This document shows positions 12,901-26,600 of a DNA stretch of 64,000 nucleotides, piece after piece (within the stretch, counting starts at the first letter, position 1; the number at the start of each line of letters is the position of its first letter). Under the pieces are notes generated by a model. That model saw nothing but the letters and a program-made list of their open reading frames with translations. It did not search any database and was not told the origin of the DNA. The position numbers and the translations under genes were made by a program. The stretch comes from Ascidiella aspersa. Lineage: Eukaryota. The DNA is taken from NCBI GenBank assembly GCA_963924565.1, contig OZ004610.1:9982001-10046000 (forward strand), in the 5' to 3' direction.

Positions 12901-15900
12901 GATCTTTAGATGTATTATTAGTTATTACTTAGTAATAAGGGTTACTTGGAACATACGGTGCAGTTATTATTGTTCAACTGAAGGAAGGGCAGTGCTTTGC
13001 AATAACATTGCGAAAGATTTAAGCTCTTGGTAGTCTGTTACTTGAATATGAGGTGTCTTCCAATATACATATATACTTGTACTTAACATTGTATAGTATC
13101 TTGCTCTTCGTCATCGTATAGAATCCTCCTCTGTGTTAGTATAAGTAGTATTGTGCGCTGATTGTGCATAAAGTGTTTCAACCGCAAAACATTAAAATTA
13201 TTGGCAATTTTCGCCATACATCGATTGAAATTATTGATCTATGTATTGGCTTCTAGTGTGCATTGCTGTACCAGCAGATTTCTAAAAGTTTTTTTTACTT
13301 CCTGGAAGCACCAGACAATCACATTTCATAATTATACATTATAATAGTGCGTCATAAAGCTTTTTCGCAATCTATTACAAAGCAAACAAATTTTGTCATT
13401 TCTACTCAAATATCCCACTTCATATTTGGATGCTAGAAAGCCAAGAAAATTACGTTTCATTTAAGCTAAGTTGCAGAAAAAACGAAGTAGAGTTTTTTTC
13501 GCTATAACCGATCAAAGTTTCGTCATGCATGATTGATCACAAATAGTCATGTGTGAAACTAGCCACTTGGTGGCCTGTAGTGATACAAAAACAAACAACA
13601 ATATATCTTTTTAGAATCTGCTTACTTCGAAGAACTGATATGCATTGGAATTTTTAACTTACCATTTAAAACACCTTTATAATAGGTCAAACAAAATTTG
13701 CAGTTAAATTTTACGCATGAGCGATCACGAAAAAGCCTAAAAAGGTCCAATTTTTAGTTGCTGATATCTCAAAAAGTACTTGACCAATTTCGGTAAAATT
13801 GGCATCACTTTTCATAGAATTGCACAGAGATTCTAAATATAAAATTTAAAAAAAATCTATGACATATGGTGCCACCTATGACATATGGTGCCACTTTTTG
13901 TCCATACGTAGCTCGGATAAAACTAATTTGGGCACATTTTGTTCTGTACATAGCTCGGATAAAATCAACTCGGGTATTTTTTTAAACCTTCTTGAAGTAA
14001 AAATGTGGTACCTATGGTATTATATGTAATAATATTTGCAAAATAGTGATAAACTGGGTTTCGGGAGACGACTGGAGGTCAAATTTTAGTAAAAATTACT
14101 TTTAATTTTTTTGCTTGCTAGCGAACTTCCGTGAAAAAAGTGTGCAAGTGCCCACAATTTGGCGCAGAAAAAATGCGCTTAGCGGGAAGACTGGTTGTCA
14201 CTTGTCAGCAAGTCGTACTATGGATTATTACTCAGAAGCTAGAATAAGTAATCCATCAGAATGACTGGTGGTTGTGTCTTGTTTAAGTAGTTCAGGCCCT
14301 GTCTACTTGGTCATATCATTCTCCGGGGCCACTTGTAATAACAAAACTAAACATCAGTTTTAGCTACTAACTACTTGGTATTTTATTTCACCGTCATCAA
14401 TTTTTTTAAATGTCAGAAATAACTATATATTAAGGCATTTCATGCCATGCTTTGTTGGCATAATATTAAATAAAGAGTGTTTATGCTTGTTTTGATTGAT
14501 GAATAAATGTTATTTATTTAGGAAAGTGAAATTCGCTGGGCCTCCAGGTGGGACACTTACCTGAGTATGGGGGACGTTCAGATCCATTGGTTCTCGATTG
14601 TCAACTCTATTGTTGTGGTTCTCTTTTTAGCAGGCAAGTACCCATGCCTCCTTTTACTTTTGAAATTACAGACAAAGTATTTTTATCTGATATATTTTTA
14701 AATAAGCTGCAGGCTAGCTTAGTATCTCCACTCTTTCGTTGTTATGCTAAAATTTATCATCATAGCAGAAATTCTTTATTTTTCACCATACTCGATTTTA
14801 TCCACAACTACATTCTACCAATTGTCCGCAGCTGTCTTGCTATTCAACAAGTTTAGTTTTGTATTTTTTAGTTTGCTTCTAATGTGGCAAAAACGGTTTG
14901 TGAAGTTGAACGAGTTCCAGTTAAAAGTAACAAATGACCTTACATACACTGAAAATATTCATACAGAAGATTTCATCTCAACAACAAACAACATTCCTAT
15001 TTGTTCCAACTAGTGGTTCTTAACCTTTTGACATTGCCCTGCTGCTAAATAAAAACAAATTCTTTTACGGACCACAAACACTAGAATTTATTTTGCTGAA
15101 TTATACAAAACTTGCACTCAGTCATGCAAACATTAGGAAACATCGTAAAAATACCTTACACAACAAGTTGTATTTTTTCTGTGCTATGAATCAGAAATAT
15201 TATGTGGTTTCTCAGGATGAAAAATCAACACTAAATTCATGTAAATGAGTTAAATTATTATTTATTAAACTGTGTGCATCGAGAAATTAATAAGTGCCCC
15301 GCAAAACTTTAATAGTTTTAAAATAACCTATTTGTGTTATAAATACTGTGCTAGTCACATTTTTGTATTACAAATAGGCAATTCGCAAACATAGCCCAGC
15401 ATTCGCATTATTAGATAACTGAAAATTACTATTCTATTAACTGTATAAAAATGTTTAAAATTGGTATTTAATAGGTGTTCTAGCGATGATTATTGTGAGA
15501 ACTTTACGTCGTGACATTGCACAATACAATAGAGAAGATGACGACCTTGAAGATGCACTTGAAGAAACAGGCTGGAAGTTGGTTCATGGCGATGTTTTCA
15601 GACCACCAAAGCGGGTACAGATACAGTTAAATATAATTTAAAAAACAGCTCCTAGAGTTATTTGTAAATATTGAATTCCAAGGTCTGACACGGCGTTCTA
15701 TCAATAATAAGAAATATTTGATTTTCGTTATAGAATTAACCGCGTTTTTTTGAGTAGAGTATTTACATGCTTTTGAGCCAGAAACTTATACCATCATATT
15801 CATGCGATACTGTAGACCATCGATGGCCGACAGGCGGCTTGCGAGTTTTATGTGGCTCTTGGTTTGCGTAACACTTTTTAAACAAGGCAAACGCAGAAAG

Positions 15901-18900
15901 TATTTCTTTTTTTACTTTGCGGAAACATTTATTGTGTTTCTGTGCAGCCATAACGCTGTGGGTTAATTAGCTCCCACAAGTTTATTGCCCAAATAATTGT
16001 ATGGATAAATGTGCATTTTTTTATCCAATGCGTCTCCTTCTAAATTTAAATTTAAATTTTTTTGCAGATCATGCTGCTGGTTTCATTCATTGGTGCTGGA
16101 GTGCAGTTGTTTGGAATGACGCTAGTAACAATTATTGTTGCAATGCTGGGGATGTTGTCACCATCCAGTCGTGGCTCACTTCTCACTGCTTCGTTTGTCC
16201 TTTTCATTTTAATGGGGTAAGCAATTTAGCTGTTTTTTTATTCGTTCAATGAGTCTGTTCATTAGCTTCTTTTGTTGATTTGCTTGTTGTTAAAAGTGCT
16301 TCATGTGTAAGTTGGTAAGTTTTTAACCAAAACAAGTGAAAATAAATGCCCCCTTGTTATTATGCACTTAATATAACTTTAATGTCCAGAGTGTTCGGTG
16401 GTTTCTATGCTGGGCGACTGTACAAGAGTCTGAAAGGTCAGTTGTGGAAGAGGGCTGCGCTACAAACTGGTCTACTTTATCCCGGGATTTGCGCATCTGT
16501 GTCATTCATTCTGAACTTCTTTATTTGGGGAAAGCACTCTTCAGGAGCAGTAAGTTTAGTGAAACCAATAAATAGTAAACATATTGTGTTTCAAAATCAA
16601 AAAATTGCCATTTACTTTCCATATTTAATACAATGCATCCGTCCGCCATGTTTAATGATTGCAAGACATTTTCAATGGGTTGTTATATTAATTAACGCTC
16701 TGCTTTAGGTGCCCTTCACTACAATGCTTGCAATCTTGGCCATGTGGTGCGGCATTTCTCTTCCCCTGCTTCTATTTGGCTTCTATTTCGGATATCGCAA
16801 GCAGCCTTATGAAAATCCAGTTCGCACCAATCAAATTCCCCGCCAGGTCCCAGAGCAGCAGTGGTATATGAATTCCTTTGTCAGGTATACTAAATTTTTC
16901 TTTGTTCAGCCAATTTTATTCGCATTTGTTGTTTTTTTTAGATACGATATCTTAAATTTAGCTTACTGTTTTAAATAAACTATTTTAAGATACCAACATT
17001 ATGCATTTATTACAGTTTTTATTATTTACAGTGTTTTGATGGCCGGAATTCTTCCTTTTGGAGCTGTTTTTATTGAGCTCTTCTTTATTTTCACGGTAAT
17101 AATTTTTGTGTGATACTTTTTGTAAAATATAAATATGTTTCTACTGATGCACATATAGCAGGGGTTGCCAACCTATCAGACACCAAGAGCCACATTTGTT
17201 GCTTGGTTAACCGAAAAGAGCAACACCTTACACCAGGGGTTCCCAACCTGTGGTACGTGAAGGTTTTTCAGGTGGTACGCGAGTATAGCTTTCGTTTTTT
17301 AAAAAAACCCGGACTGTCAACAAGAAGCACAGTTGCTTTAAATAGCCGTACAACGCCGTGGAACAGCAGTGGGCGTTAATTATGCCAAATTACTGCTCTT
17401 GATAGATATCATCAATTGTTTTATAGCATAATCTACAAATAGCGTTGAATAATTCAAGTTGGAGGCTAAAAAAAATAAAATTTGATTCGATGAAAATAGT
17501 TGTTCTGCAAGAAGTGGTACGCGTGGTAGTACAGAGTGTCCGATTGGTACGTTATACATATTTTTTTGCGTTGTTCTTGTTTCAAAAGTATTGCTAAAAA
17601 TAAATTGGCCTTAAGGCAAACAATCTGTGTCGGAACCGGTAATATTCCATACCAAACGAAATCGAAAATTCTAAAAAATCATTTGTGCAACATGAACGTA
17701 AGAGCCGCATATAACTGGGTAAAGAGCCGCATGCGACTCGCGAGCCGCGTGTTGGACACCCCTGACATATAGTGTTATCCAAATTTTCTTACCTTCAATT
17801 GAAATATGTATGTTTCCACAAATCTTTTTTTTGCAAATAACATCTGTTGGGGGTTTTGCTGTTAAACACCTTCAAGCAGTCGGTGCTATTGGTTAATGTT
17901 CGTACTGGATATGTGACATTTTCAATACTGGGAAAGAAACGAGTAACAATCATTCATTATATATTATGTTGCATTGCTTCCGACATACAACGCGCTCGCA
18001 TAAGACTATGCACTATTCATTTCATTTCCTATATACCTACCAGGCGTGATAAAGTAGCTGGCGACCCATATTCACCAAGCTTATCGTCCTTGGGTTTTCA
18101 CCAAACATCCAAACATGTTTTCAACAAACATTTTGTCCTTTTTTACCGCTTTTGCAAAACCTTACTGTCGACCAACACAACTTAACACACGAAATAGGTT
18201 CTTTACAGCATCGATTCTAAAACTTTTTCGGTGACTTTATGGTATTTGTGCGTTGTACCAGATCTACTTTTCTTAACTATTGCGATTAAAAAACCTTTAG
18301 TGTGTCAACAGTTGAGAGCAGGGGTCGGCAACCTTTTTCTAGTCGCGGGCCAAAACCAAACTCAGAAATGTCTCTGCGGGCCGCACAAAATGTTAACTAA
18401 GAGTTGTGTTCTTGAAACAACAAACTGTGAATAAAGCGGATAATTTTTTGCACTTAAAGACGGTTTAATTACATTTTAGGAGGCAGTAAAGTGTTGTCCG
18501 CGACGCACCTGACAGCCTTTCACGCCACAACGGCAAAGAAGCGCTGCACTTTTTTAAGGACAGCATCAAACCGTAAACGAACCGAATGTATAAGATCATT
18601 CGCGCAAAGCGCCAAAATTTTTCGCACATAATAGTTAAAATAGTCAAAAAGTGTATGTAAAATGGTCTCGTGTATAGTTTGTCAAATACTCGGCGGGCCG
18701 GATAAATTCATTGGCGGGCCGTAGGTTGCCGACCCCTGGTTAAGAGGGTACATTTATTTACAAAACTAACAAACGAAATCATCCTATCCATTTTATTAAA
18801 TGATAACGTTTAATAGAAACGCAGGAGTATAGAAAAAAAATAGAATTAAAAATAAATCATTTACTTATCATTCACCACTATTTATTCGCCAGTTTAAACG

Positions 18901-21148
18901 ACACCTCTTAACAGCATTCTGTTATTCCGCCCCTTTTTACCGCAGGCCATCTGGGAGAATCAGTTCTACTACCTCTTCGGCTTTCTTTTCCTCGTCTTTG
19001 TCATTCTGGTGATCGCCTGCAGCCAAATAGCGATCGTCATGGTTTACTTTCAACTTTGCTCAGAGGTGAGAATCCCTCTCTTCAAGGACTTTAAATGTGG
19101 CTACGCATTTCAACCAATCTCCCTTTTTTAAGATTAAAAAAAGCAATACTTAAACAAGGCAATGGTTCTCTTTAAAAAAAATTCTTGCGATGTCTTAGGA
19201 CAAGTTTGTCGGACTTGACAATTTCACTAATTTTGACTAATATCTCGCACCAAAACTAATTATTTTTTGTTTGCTCTGAAAATAATAATCAATTGCTGCA
19301 GGTTTTTTGGCAACATTAAGTTCAAATACTAAACACATGTCGGGGAATAATAATATGTGTAAACACTTTAATATTGAAGCAATTGAGTTTAGATCATAGT
19401 GCGCCCCCTTTGAAACAACCTGCCAGGGCGCCGCGGCACACAGTTTAAGAACCTTTGTATTATGGTATGTAGCTAAACCACACGTCGCTAATGGGTTTTA
19501 TATTGTCCAGGATTATCACTGGTGGTGGAGGTCCTTTATTGTGTCCGGAGGTGCGGCAGTATACGTTCTACTTTATTCCGTCTTTTACTTTCACACACAG
19601 GTAAGCTTGGTGTATCTTATTTGCTAATACAACTGCTGAACAACTAAACTGGGTATTGGGTAATGTTAATTTTTTTTTTTTTTGAGATTATTTTACAATA
19701 TTGCACTCAATCGCTTTTTGTTTGTTGAAAAAAATTGAAGGGAATAGATTTATTTATTTTAATAATCTCTGCTACATAACAGTATTTTTAATTTACCGCA
19801 ATTTGCTACCACACCTACACTAGTACTGTAACTTGTTAACACAGAAAAATAAAGTACCCCCAATTACATCTTGTGCATCAATAGTCGTTTATCTGTTCCT
19901 AGTTGTTTAACAACCACGATTTAACCGCAGATTTCACTATAACGGTGCGAACTTCTTGACTGTTCTATAACTATTTCGTAGTGAAGTGTGTATTGTGTAT
20001 TTAATTAAAATTCATTAGCTAACACTATATCAGCGCTTGAAACGACAAAGTAATTAGGGTAATTTGTTCCATTATTTCATCGCTAACGAAGAGTCGAGAG
20101 TGTTAAGCAGTGTTCCCTCTAAGAAAATTATCTACTGCGCAAGAATATTTTTGTAGTGCGCAAGATTATTTTTCTAGTGCGCAAGATTATTTTAAGGCTG
20201 CGTTGGCAGGTGTCCGCGGTAGATCGATGTTTTTGTATTGGGGCAAGGCGTGAAAATTTTAAAGATGACGTTACAAGTTAAATATGTGCAAGGATATGGC
20301 AACAAAGCGGTCACGCGAATTTTTTTTTGTTGAATATTTGGGTTAAATTGACAAAAGTCTACTTTTTTTAAATAGGATGCCTTTAGGGCACAATCAAGAT
20401 TCACGAACTATTCGCTCATTTGCCGTTGGTCCATTGAACACACAGCTGTATATGCACAGAAATCGTGTAGAAACTACAATTGTGTTAAAAATTTACTTCC
20501 TAAAAAATGCATTTCGCTTGTATGATCACGAATTATTGTCAAACACTCCACTGCTGTGTTCGGCACTCTTTGAAACTCATTTTTTCTTTAATCTTGGTTT
20601 TCCTGAGTAGACATTTAATTGTACGTGAGATAAAAAAAAAACGTACACAGTATGGATGATGAAGACCAATTGGACAAAGTAATTTATTACGTCACAATTG
20701 TCAATGCGGATTTGATTTGGTTACTTGCTTTTAGCTACAAACTTCAACGAAACATGGCTAATGCGAAAAGCTCAAACTGTTGTGGCAAAAAAACTGAAGA
20801 TATTTTAGTTCTAATTTGAGAATGATGTAAGTGCGCAAAAGCAAATTTTACTGCGCAATTTGTCTGGTGTTGCTGCGCAATTGCGCAGTTGCGCACCTTA
20901 GAGGGAACACTGGTGTTAAGTGAGGGACCGCAAAACAGCAAGGTATATCGACGTGCATTCAAACCTGTTTCGAAACTTGATTTGTTTTGTTTGTGTAGTT
21001 GAGCATTACCGCTTTCGTCCCAACCATCCTCTACTTCGGCTACACCTTCATAATCGTCTTTACGTTCTGGGTGCTGACTGGAACTATCGGCTTCTTCGCT
21101 TCCTACAGCTTTATCCGTAAGATCTACGCCCAAGTCAAGATCGACTGA
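6967..21148 (+). CDS. TM9SF4: Transmembrane 9 superfamily member 4 (nonaspanin), complete, 14 coding exons
   Basis: Exons 6967-7089, 7222-7321, 7403-7556, 7850-7984, 9877-10057, 14522-14633, 15475-15614, 16068-16216, 16390-16549, 16709-16884, 17032-17095, 18946-19065, 19511-19600, 20999-21148 splice in phase. Motifs [89 protein letters not shown] and C-terminal KIYAQVKID* match TM9SF4. Confidence 0.97.
8696..9796. mobile_element. Non-autonomous hAT-type element
   Basis: TIR CAGGGGTGTGCAACCT / AGGTTGCACGCCCCTG; 8-bp TSD CTCTAGGT / CTCTTGGT. Confidence 0.85.
10936..11537. mobile_element. Imperfect ~600-bp palindromic MITE
   Basis: AAATTAATGCAGTTCTAAGCA / TGCTTAGAACTGCACTAATTT, CAATGCACTAATT / AATTAGTGCATTG and GCTAACCAGCACCCTAAC / GTTAGGGTGCTGGTTAGC are arranged as nested inverted pairs. 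Confidence 0.75.
11729..13876. mobile_element. Foldback-type element: ~880-bp near-identical inverted arms (11729-12608, 12987-13876) around a ~378-bp spacer, in TM9SF4 intron 5
   Basis: The arms are reverse complements with only scattered mismatches; termini GGTGGCACCATATGT / ACATATGGTGCCACC. Confidence 0.9.
17159..17764. mobile_element. Non-autonomous hAT-type element with a second TIR-like start inside (~17234)
   Basis: TIR CAGGGGTTGCCAAC / GTTGGACACCCCTG; perfect TSD ACATATAG. Confidence 0.85.
18319..18738. mobile_element. hAT-type MITE
   Basis: TIR CAGGGGTCGGCAACCT / AGGTTGCCGACCCCTG; TSD GTTGAGAG / GTTAAGAG. Confidence 0.88.
20108..20912. mobile_element. hAT-type non-autonomous element with TGCGCAA subterminal repeats
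   Basis: TIR CAGTGTTCCCTCTAAG / CTTAGAGGGAACACTG; perfect TSD GTGTTAAG; partial related copy from ~36306. Confidence 0.9.
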
Positions 21149-21831
21149 GTACCACACTTTCACGCTGCGCCACTGAGCGGTTGTCATGTTTGTGAAGACT
21201 TGCCGCTTGGTGTCCCCGTGTGTCAATAGAAAGAATACACACACACAACCTAGTTGTCTTTTATGCACTTTGGCCTTACCTGGCGCAATTCTATAGACAC
21301 TGCTTCCGTTACAAATACCATCCAGCAATGGCCTTTTCGCTATGTTATTTTTCATACAGTAGTGTTTAGATAAATCGACTAGAAAACATATTAATAAGGT
21401 AGTTATTTAGGCTTGTTTTTTTGTTAATACAACCGCACGCTTTATTTTATTCGGACAACAAACCTTTCATCTTATTTTGATGAACATTTATTAAAAAAGC
21501 AAACAATAGAACGAGTAATTTTAACCGCTTTCAAGCTTTTAGTGTGTATTTCTTGCACAACATACTTTTGCTTTTTTTGCTGTGAAAATAACGTAATTAA
21601 TTTTTTTTTTTTTTTGGAGAGTTAACTTTAGCTTGTGTAACACTTTACCATTATTAGGCGGATGTGCAGCGAAAAACGTTGTAATGTAATCTGAAGAGAT
21701 TTATTTCGTAAATTCTTGAATCTAACAACCAATAATATACTCAAAAATGATTTTGTTTATTGTCGTATTTAAAATGCGATCGTTATCCTTCCTGCTAAAC
21801 CGTTAGTGGTTTATTATATGCGATTTATTAG

Positions 21832-21837
21832 AATAAA
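21832..21837 (+). terminator. Candidate polyadenylation signal of TM9SF4
   Basis: AATAAA ~680 nt after the stop codon, followed by a GT-rich tract. Confidence 0.45.
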
Positions 21838-23648
21838 TATGTGTGTGTGTACTGTGTATATTACTCCCAGACTTGCTGTACCGTTTTATTTATTTAAACA
21901 GACACAATCTAACAGGTAAAACGTAAAATGGTCAATTTCCTAGATATTTTAATAGCAATATCAAGTGGCATGGAAGCCCGGTTTCTATAATACTGTATTA
22001 AAAATGGTCGTACTGATACACGAAATCATACTTGGTATGTTGCTGTGTCAGTAGCTTCCGTTACTTTTCGATCGGGCATCAAAATAGAGTTAGCAATGTC
22101 TAAAATTATTTTGACTGCAATGCAGAAATTTGCCACATAATTTTTGACCAACAATGTAATGGAGATAATAAATACTAAACCTTTTATTTTGGCCCATTGG
22201 CGCATTTCTTTGTTTTTTATATAAAATTGTTTATTTCCACTGCATTGCAAATTGAGAAGTCCGTTGAACCGTACAGCAAGACTTCCAATTTTCTGTGGCA
22301 GTATTGTATCACGGCCACGGGCAAAGTAATGCGCAGTGTAAAATTTTTACTCGGCGGCTCTTTTGTTATTTTGTGTCGTACACACTGCGTTACACGTCTA
22401 ACATGTGAATTGGTGTACTGCAGTTAGGGCGTTAAAACCAACTAAAATATCATTTTAAACATGCCTTGCTTATTCTATTGTATTTTAAGCGGTTCATCGT
22501 TTTTTTTTTCACTGGTTCCAACATTTGTTTTGTTAAGTCTGAAGTTGTCAAAATTCCGTTTATTTGTGTTGCTTTGTCACGTTGTGTATATACCTTACGC
22601 TATACCAACCCTTCTGGACTAGAAATTCGGTTTTATGTACTCCCTAAACATCACTGCTTTGCAAAATTAATGCTATTGTATGGCAGTGTTCAAGCGAGAT
22701 GCATACGGAGAATATACCTTTGTGAAATAGTTTAACTTTTATTCTGTTTGTAGTAATTAGCAAGTCCTGTGTGTTTAAATGATAGGCCAGTAGGCCTACT
22801 GCTAAGTGTAGAAGGTCTCTTGAGTTTAACTGCCGGTTGTCACAGATTTAAATTCACGTCGTCTTGCTTGAATTGAGTTGAATGGTCACTAATTTTATGT
22901 TGGCTCGCAACTATTAGATAATCTATAAGCATAAATGCTTTTTCTTTAGTAAGCAAACTGTTAGCGGTCGCAGGCACCAGCAACCCAAAACCATCCTACC
23001 GATTAATGCTAAGTTGAACGCTTGTATTTCTAGATTGATTTCATTAGTCCGGCTTAATTATTCTAATGAGCTGGTTGGCCTAGACGACTTCTGCACAATA
23101 AGTCTGTCACTAAGTACGGGGGTTTCTCCTGTCATAACTACAGGCGTTTCCCACGGATGTAGATAAAAATCGTGAAAAAGAAATGCCTTGATGAATTACG
23201 CAATAGAGTTGAGTTGCGAGGAACTATATATATGACGAAGCTCAGAAATAAAACTTCATCCAACTGGAGTTGACTCATCTTGCAGTTATAGGGCCTACTG
23301 CTTGCTGTCGGAGTGGTTATTTACTTGCTGATTAAATTCTAGGATCATGTAGATGGACCTATACACATAATAAGTTTGTTCTACAGTTTTCAAGCTCAAC
23401 TTTTTGTTTTGGTAATTTCAGAATAGTCAATTAACCGTGAATAGCAATAGAGTGATCTCTTACAAGACATCAGGATTCCCATAGTTTTTAACTAGTTTAA
23501 AATGATAATTGATTAGTTAATATCCTGCTATAAGATAAGGGAATAATTGAACAAAACGCTTTGGTGGTTTGATATTTAAACATGTTTTAACTATGTATGG
23601 TATGTAGATTTTAGTTTTTTTGTACCTGTATCCCCTGTCTCCGTAGAC

Positions 23649-26600
23649 ATGCTGGAAAAAATTATTTTCCTAACGCTGTTATGCTTGTTACAAGTTTGTG
23701 CCCAAGAGGATTCTTCCGAAGGTAGGTGAAAACGTTCTCAGATTCCAGTCAAAGAAGATATTTATTATGATTGTGTGTTCTGTTTTGCAGGGAGTCTCTT
23801 TACTATAGAGATTTCCCCAGACTACCAGGCTCTATTGCAAGAAATTCTGGCAAACTTATCTGCGACACAGAATCTGACGATTTCTTTTTCGGGTAGGTTC
23901 AATCGCGCCATTTATTCGGGTTAATTATTTGACTATAGCCTAAATCACTTTTTTTAGACGGAAAGAGATGTTTTTGTTAAGAAACAATAGTCCAAATGAA
24001 GGACTGGCCTGGTTGGTAAATCATATGTAAAATCTTTCTAAATTTCTATATGGCCAACTCATAGGCTACCAGGTAGCCTAAACTAAATCTAACTGGCAAA
24101 GCAGATTTTGAAAGGTGACATCATTTTTACGTAATTTTATGACATTTTACCAAAACAGAGTAGGGGAAGTGCGGAACCCATGGAACAGTTTGTTTTTTCG
24201 GTAATATCTTTCGATATACAACTCAAAAACACTCGCGGTTATTTTCTTTGGAAAGATTACAACTACGGGCATACCTGCATAAAAAAATAATTTAAATCTG
24301 ACATATCGTTCTAAGCTTTTTTTAAATATAAAAAACGTAACTTTTTGTACCATCGGTCCCACCCCACAGGACCTATGGAACTAGAAATAGTGGCACAAGA
24401 AAATTTATTTTAAGAAATAAAATAAAAACACATGGAAACAAGCCCAAAATGCTAAAATGATATTTTTTTTTATTTCTAGTAGAATTTCCAACCCGGGTTT
24501 ATTATATCAATTGTTTTTCTTTTTTAGGAGAACATATCTGCATATATAATAATAGTCAAATGTGCGATTTCGTCGAGTCCCGAGTCTGACTCTGACTTTA
24601 CAGCCTATCCACCAATTTACGTAACTAAATACGGTGGCTATTCCGCTATTACAAACTGCAATTGACGGCAATATCAGCTTTTGGTAGGCTACTGCGCATG
24701 CGCACGTCGGACTCGGGACGGGTAGTTTTACGTGGTCTTACTCGATTCCCGAGTCCGACTCCTTCGACTCCCGAGTCCGACTCCGCAGACCTGGTCCTCA
24801 GTGAACAACCCCTTATTAGATGTTCTTGTCTTTAAAGTTGGTATACTACTATCCTTTAAATGTAAGAATAAGATCACAAAATTTTCGAGAGACCAATGGA
24901 ACAGACTGCTTCAAAGGTCCTCTAATCGCCATTTTTAATAAAAACAATCCTGGCTAGTCAGTACTCTGAATGCAATTAATCAAACTTACTTTCAACATGT
25001 ACCTATAGATATCCCCTCTATCAACAAAAAAATATTCACTGCTTTACAATTACCTAAAGACTCTCAAAACACCTTACGAATATCAAGCTAAAAAGTACAT
25101 TTTTCACCTAGAAAAGTGAAAAATTGGAATAAATCAACCATTTTCAAAAGCACAGTAAAACTGTAGAACTTTTTGGACAAAGCTCTGTACACAAAATCTC
25201 ATTCCCACAACCAAAATTATATTTAGTTCTGCCAACAGGGGGCGCAAAATGCCAGTGTTCCACTGGTCCCCATGTTCCATGGGTCCCGCACTTCCCCTAT
25301 GGTGTTAACGATTCCTTAACTTACTTTTGATGTAAACTGGAGATCTTGTACCCCTTGGTCTTGCCATGTTACTTTGTAGTTTTTTACCCACTTCGAAGCT
25401 TTTATTTAGCCATATAGTAAACAACCTTAAATTTGTACTGTCGGTTGTAGATTTTAACGAATGTGAACAATCGATCTCGCCATGCCATGAGAGTGCATAT
25501 TGCACCAACACCAATGGAAGCCATAACTGCACTTGCCACACTGGTTACGAAGGGGATGGCACTGTTTCGTGCATGGGTAAGAAGTAAAAAATACTAAAAC
25601 ACGTTTCTAATTAGGCTTATTCACGGCCTACTTTACAAAAAAAAATTCTAGATAAAGGTTATTCAAACGTGCGCTTTTAATCTTAAAGAAAGGGGACCTT
25701 TGCTAGCTAAAATATTATTGTTTGTAAACAACAAGATTTCGTTTGGTTTAGATACGAACGAATGTGACCTGTCAGCCTGCGACACAGCGATCAGTAATTG
25801 TAGCAACTCCGTTGGATCGTACACCTGTCAATGTCTTGACGGTTATGTAAGCGGTGATGCAGACAATACAACCTGCGTCGGTAAGTCTATTGGCATATTG
25901 TGCTGTACAAAAAATCAACTGTTCAACAATCACTTATATATGCAATGGAAACATGTTATATATGCAATGGAAACAATACACGACGAAGGGTGAGGTACTG
26001 CAAAATAACATCTCAAGTAGTGAAGTCTTTTAGAGAAAAGCACGAAAATCGATTAGAAGACAAATGTTTACAGCTTAAAGAAAACTATTTATAAACACTA
26101 CTGAAAAAGGTAACACCTCGCGTGTCATTTAGAGGCATTCTATGTAGGCCTCCAGGAGTCGGCAACCTTTCGTGTGCAGTATGCGAGTTTATCAATAGTG
26201 TAAATATACTCGCGTGCCAAACATCTTGCTATGTTTGGTTTTGCACTGGCAACCAGGGCTAAAAAATTGAACTCGAGTCCGACTTCAGCCAAATATGCGT
26301 TTTGGTCGAGTCCGGCTCCAATTCTACTGAGAAAATTTTTCCAGGGCCTAAGGCTGCAGCCTTAGTAGCCTAATGGTTAATCCCGCCCTTCCTGCACCGT
26401 AACCCAAATAATGGGCGTTTCTTTAATAATTGTCCTAGACCAGCGCCCCCAGAAGTATTAGCTATCAGTTTCGCTTCGAGCTTGTTTTTTGAGTAGCACA
26501 AAAAAACACACGTATTTACCTCGTAACTTTTAAAGTAATGCCCTGCCGTAACGCAGCTCACATCACGCCCTCCTTTTGAGCATTGTGACGTAATACGAAC

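Noticed and set aside
20137-20195. Three ~21-bp direct repeats resembling a mini CRISPR array
   Set aside because: No unique spacers; these are subterminal repeats of the 20108-20912 hAT element in a eukaryotic intron
20744-21355. 203-aa minus-strand ORF
   Set aside because: Antisense shadow of the last TM9SF4 exon plus MITE sequence; no recognisable protein features
23958-24015. Possible extra exon (AG...GT) in the multi-EGF gene
   Set aside because: The phase required by the preceding exon hits a stop; exon 2 joins 25451 in phase without it
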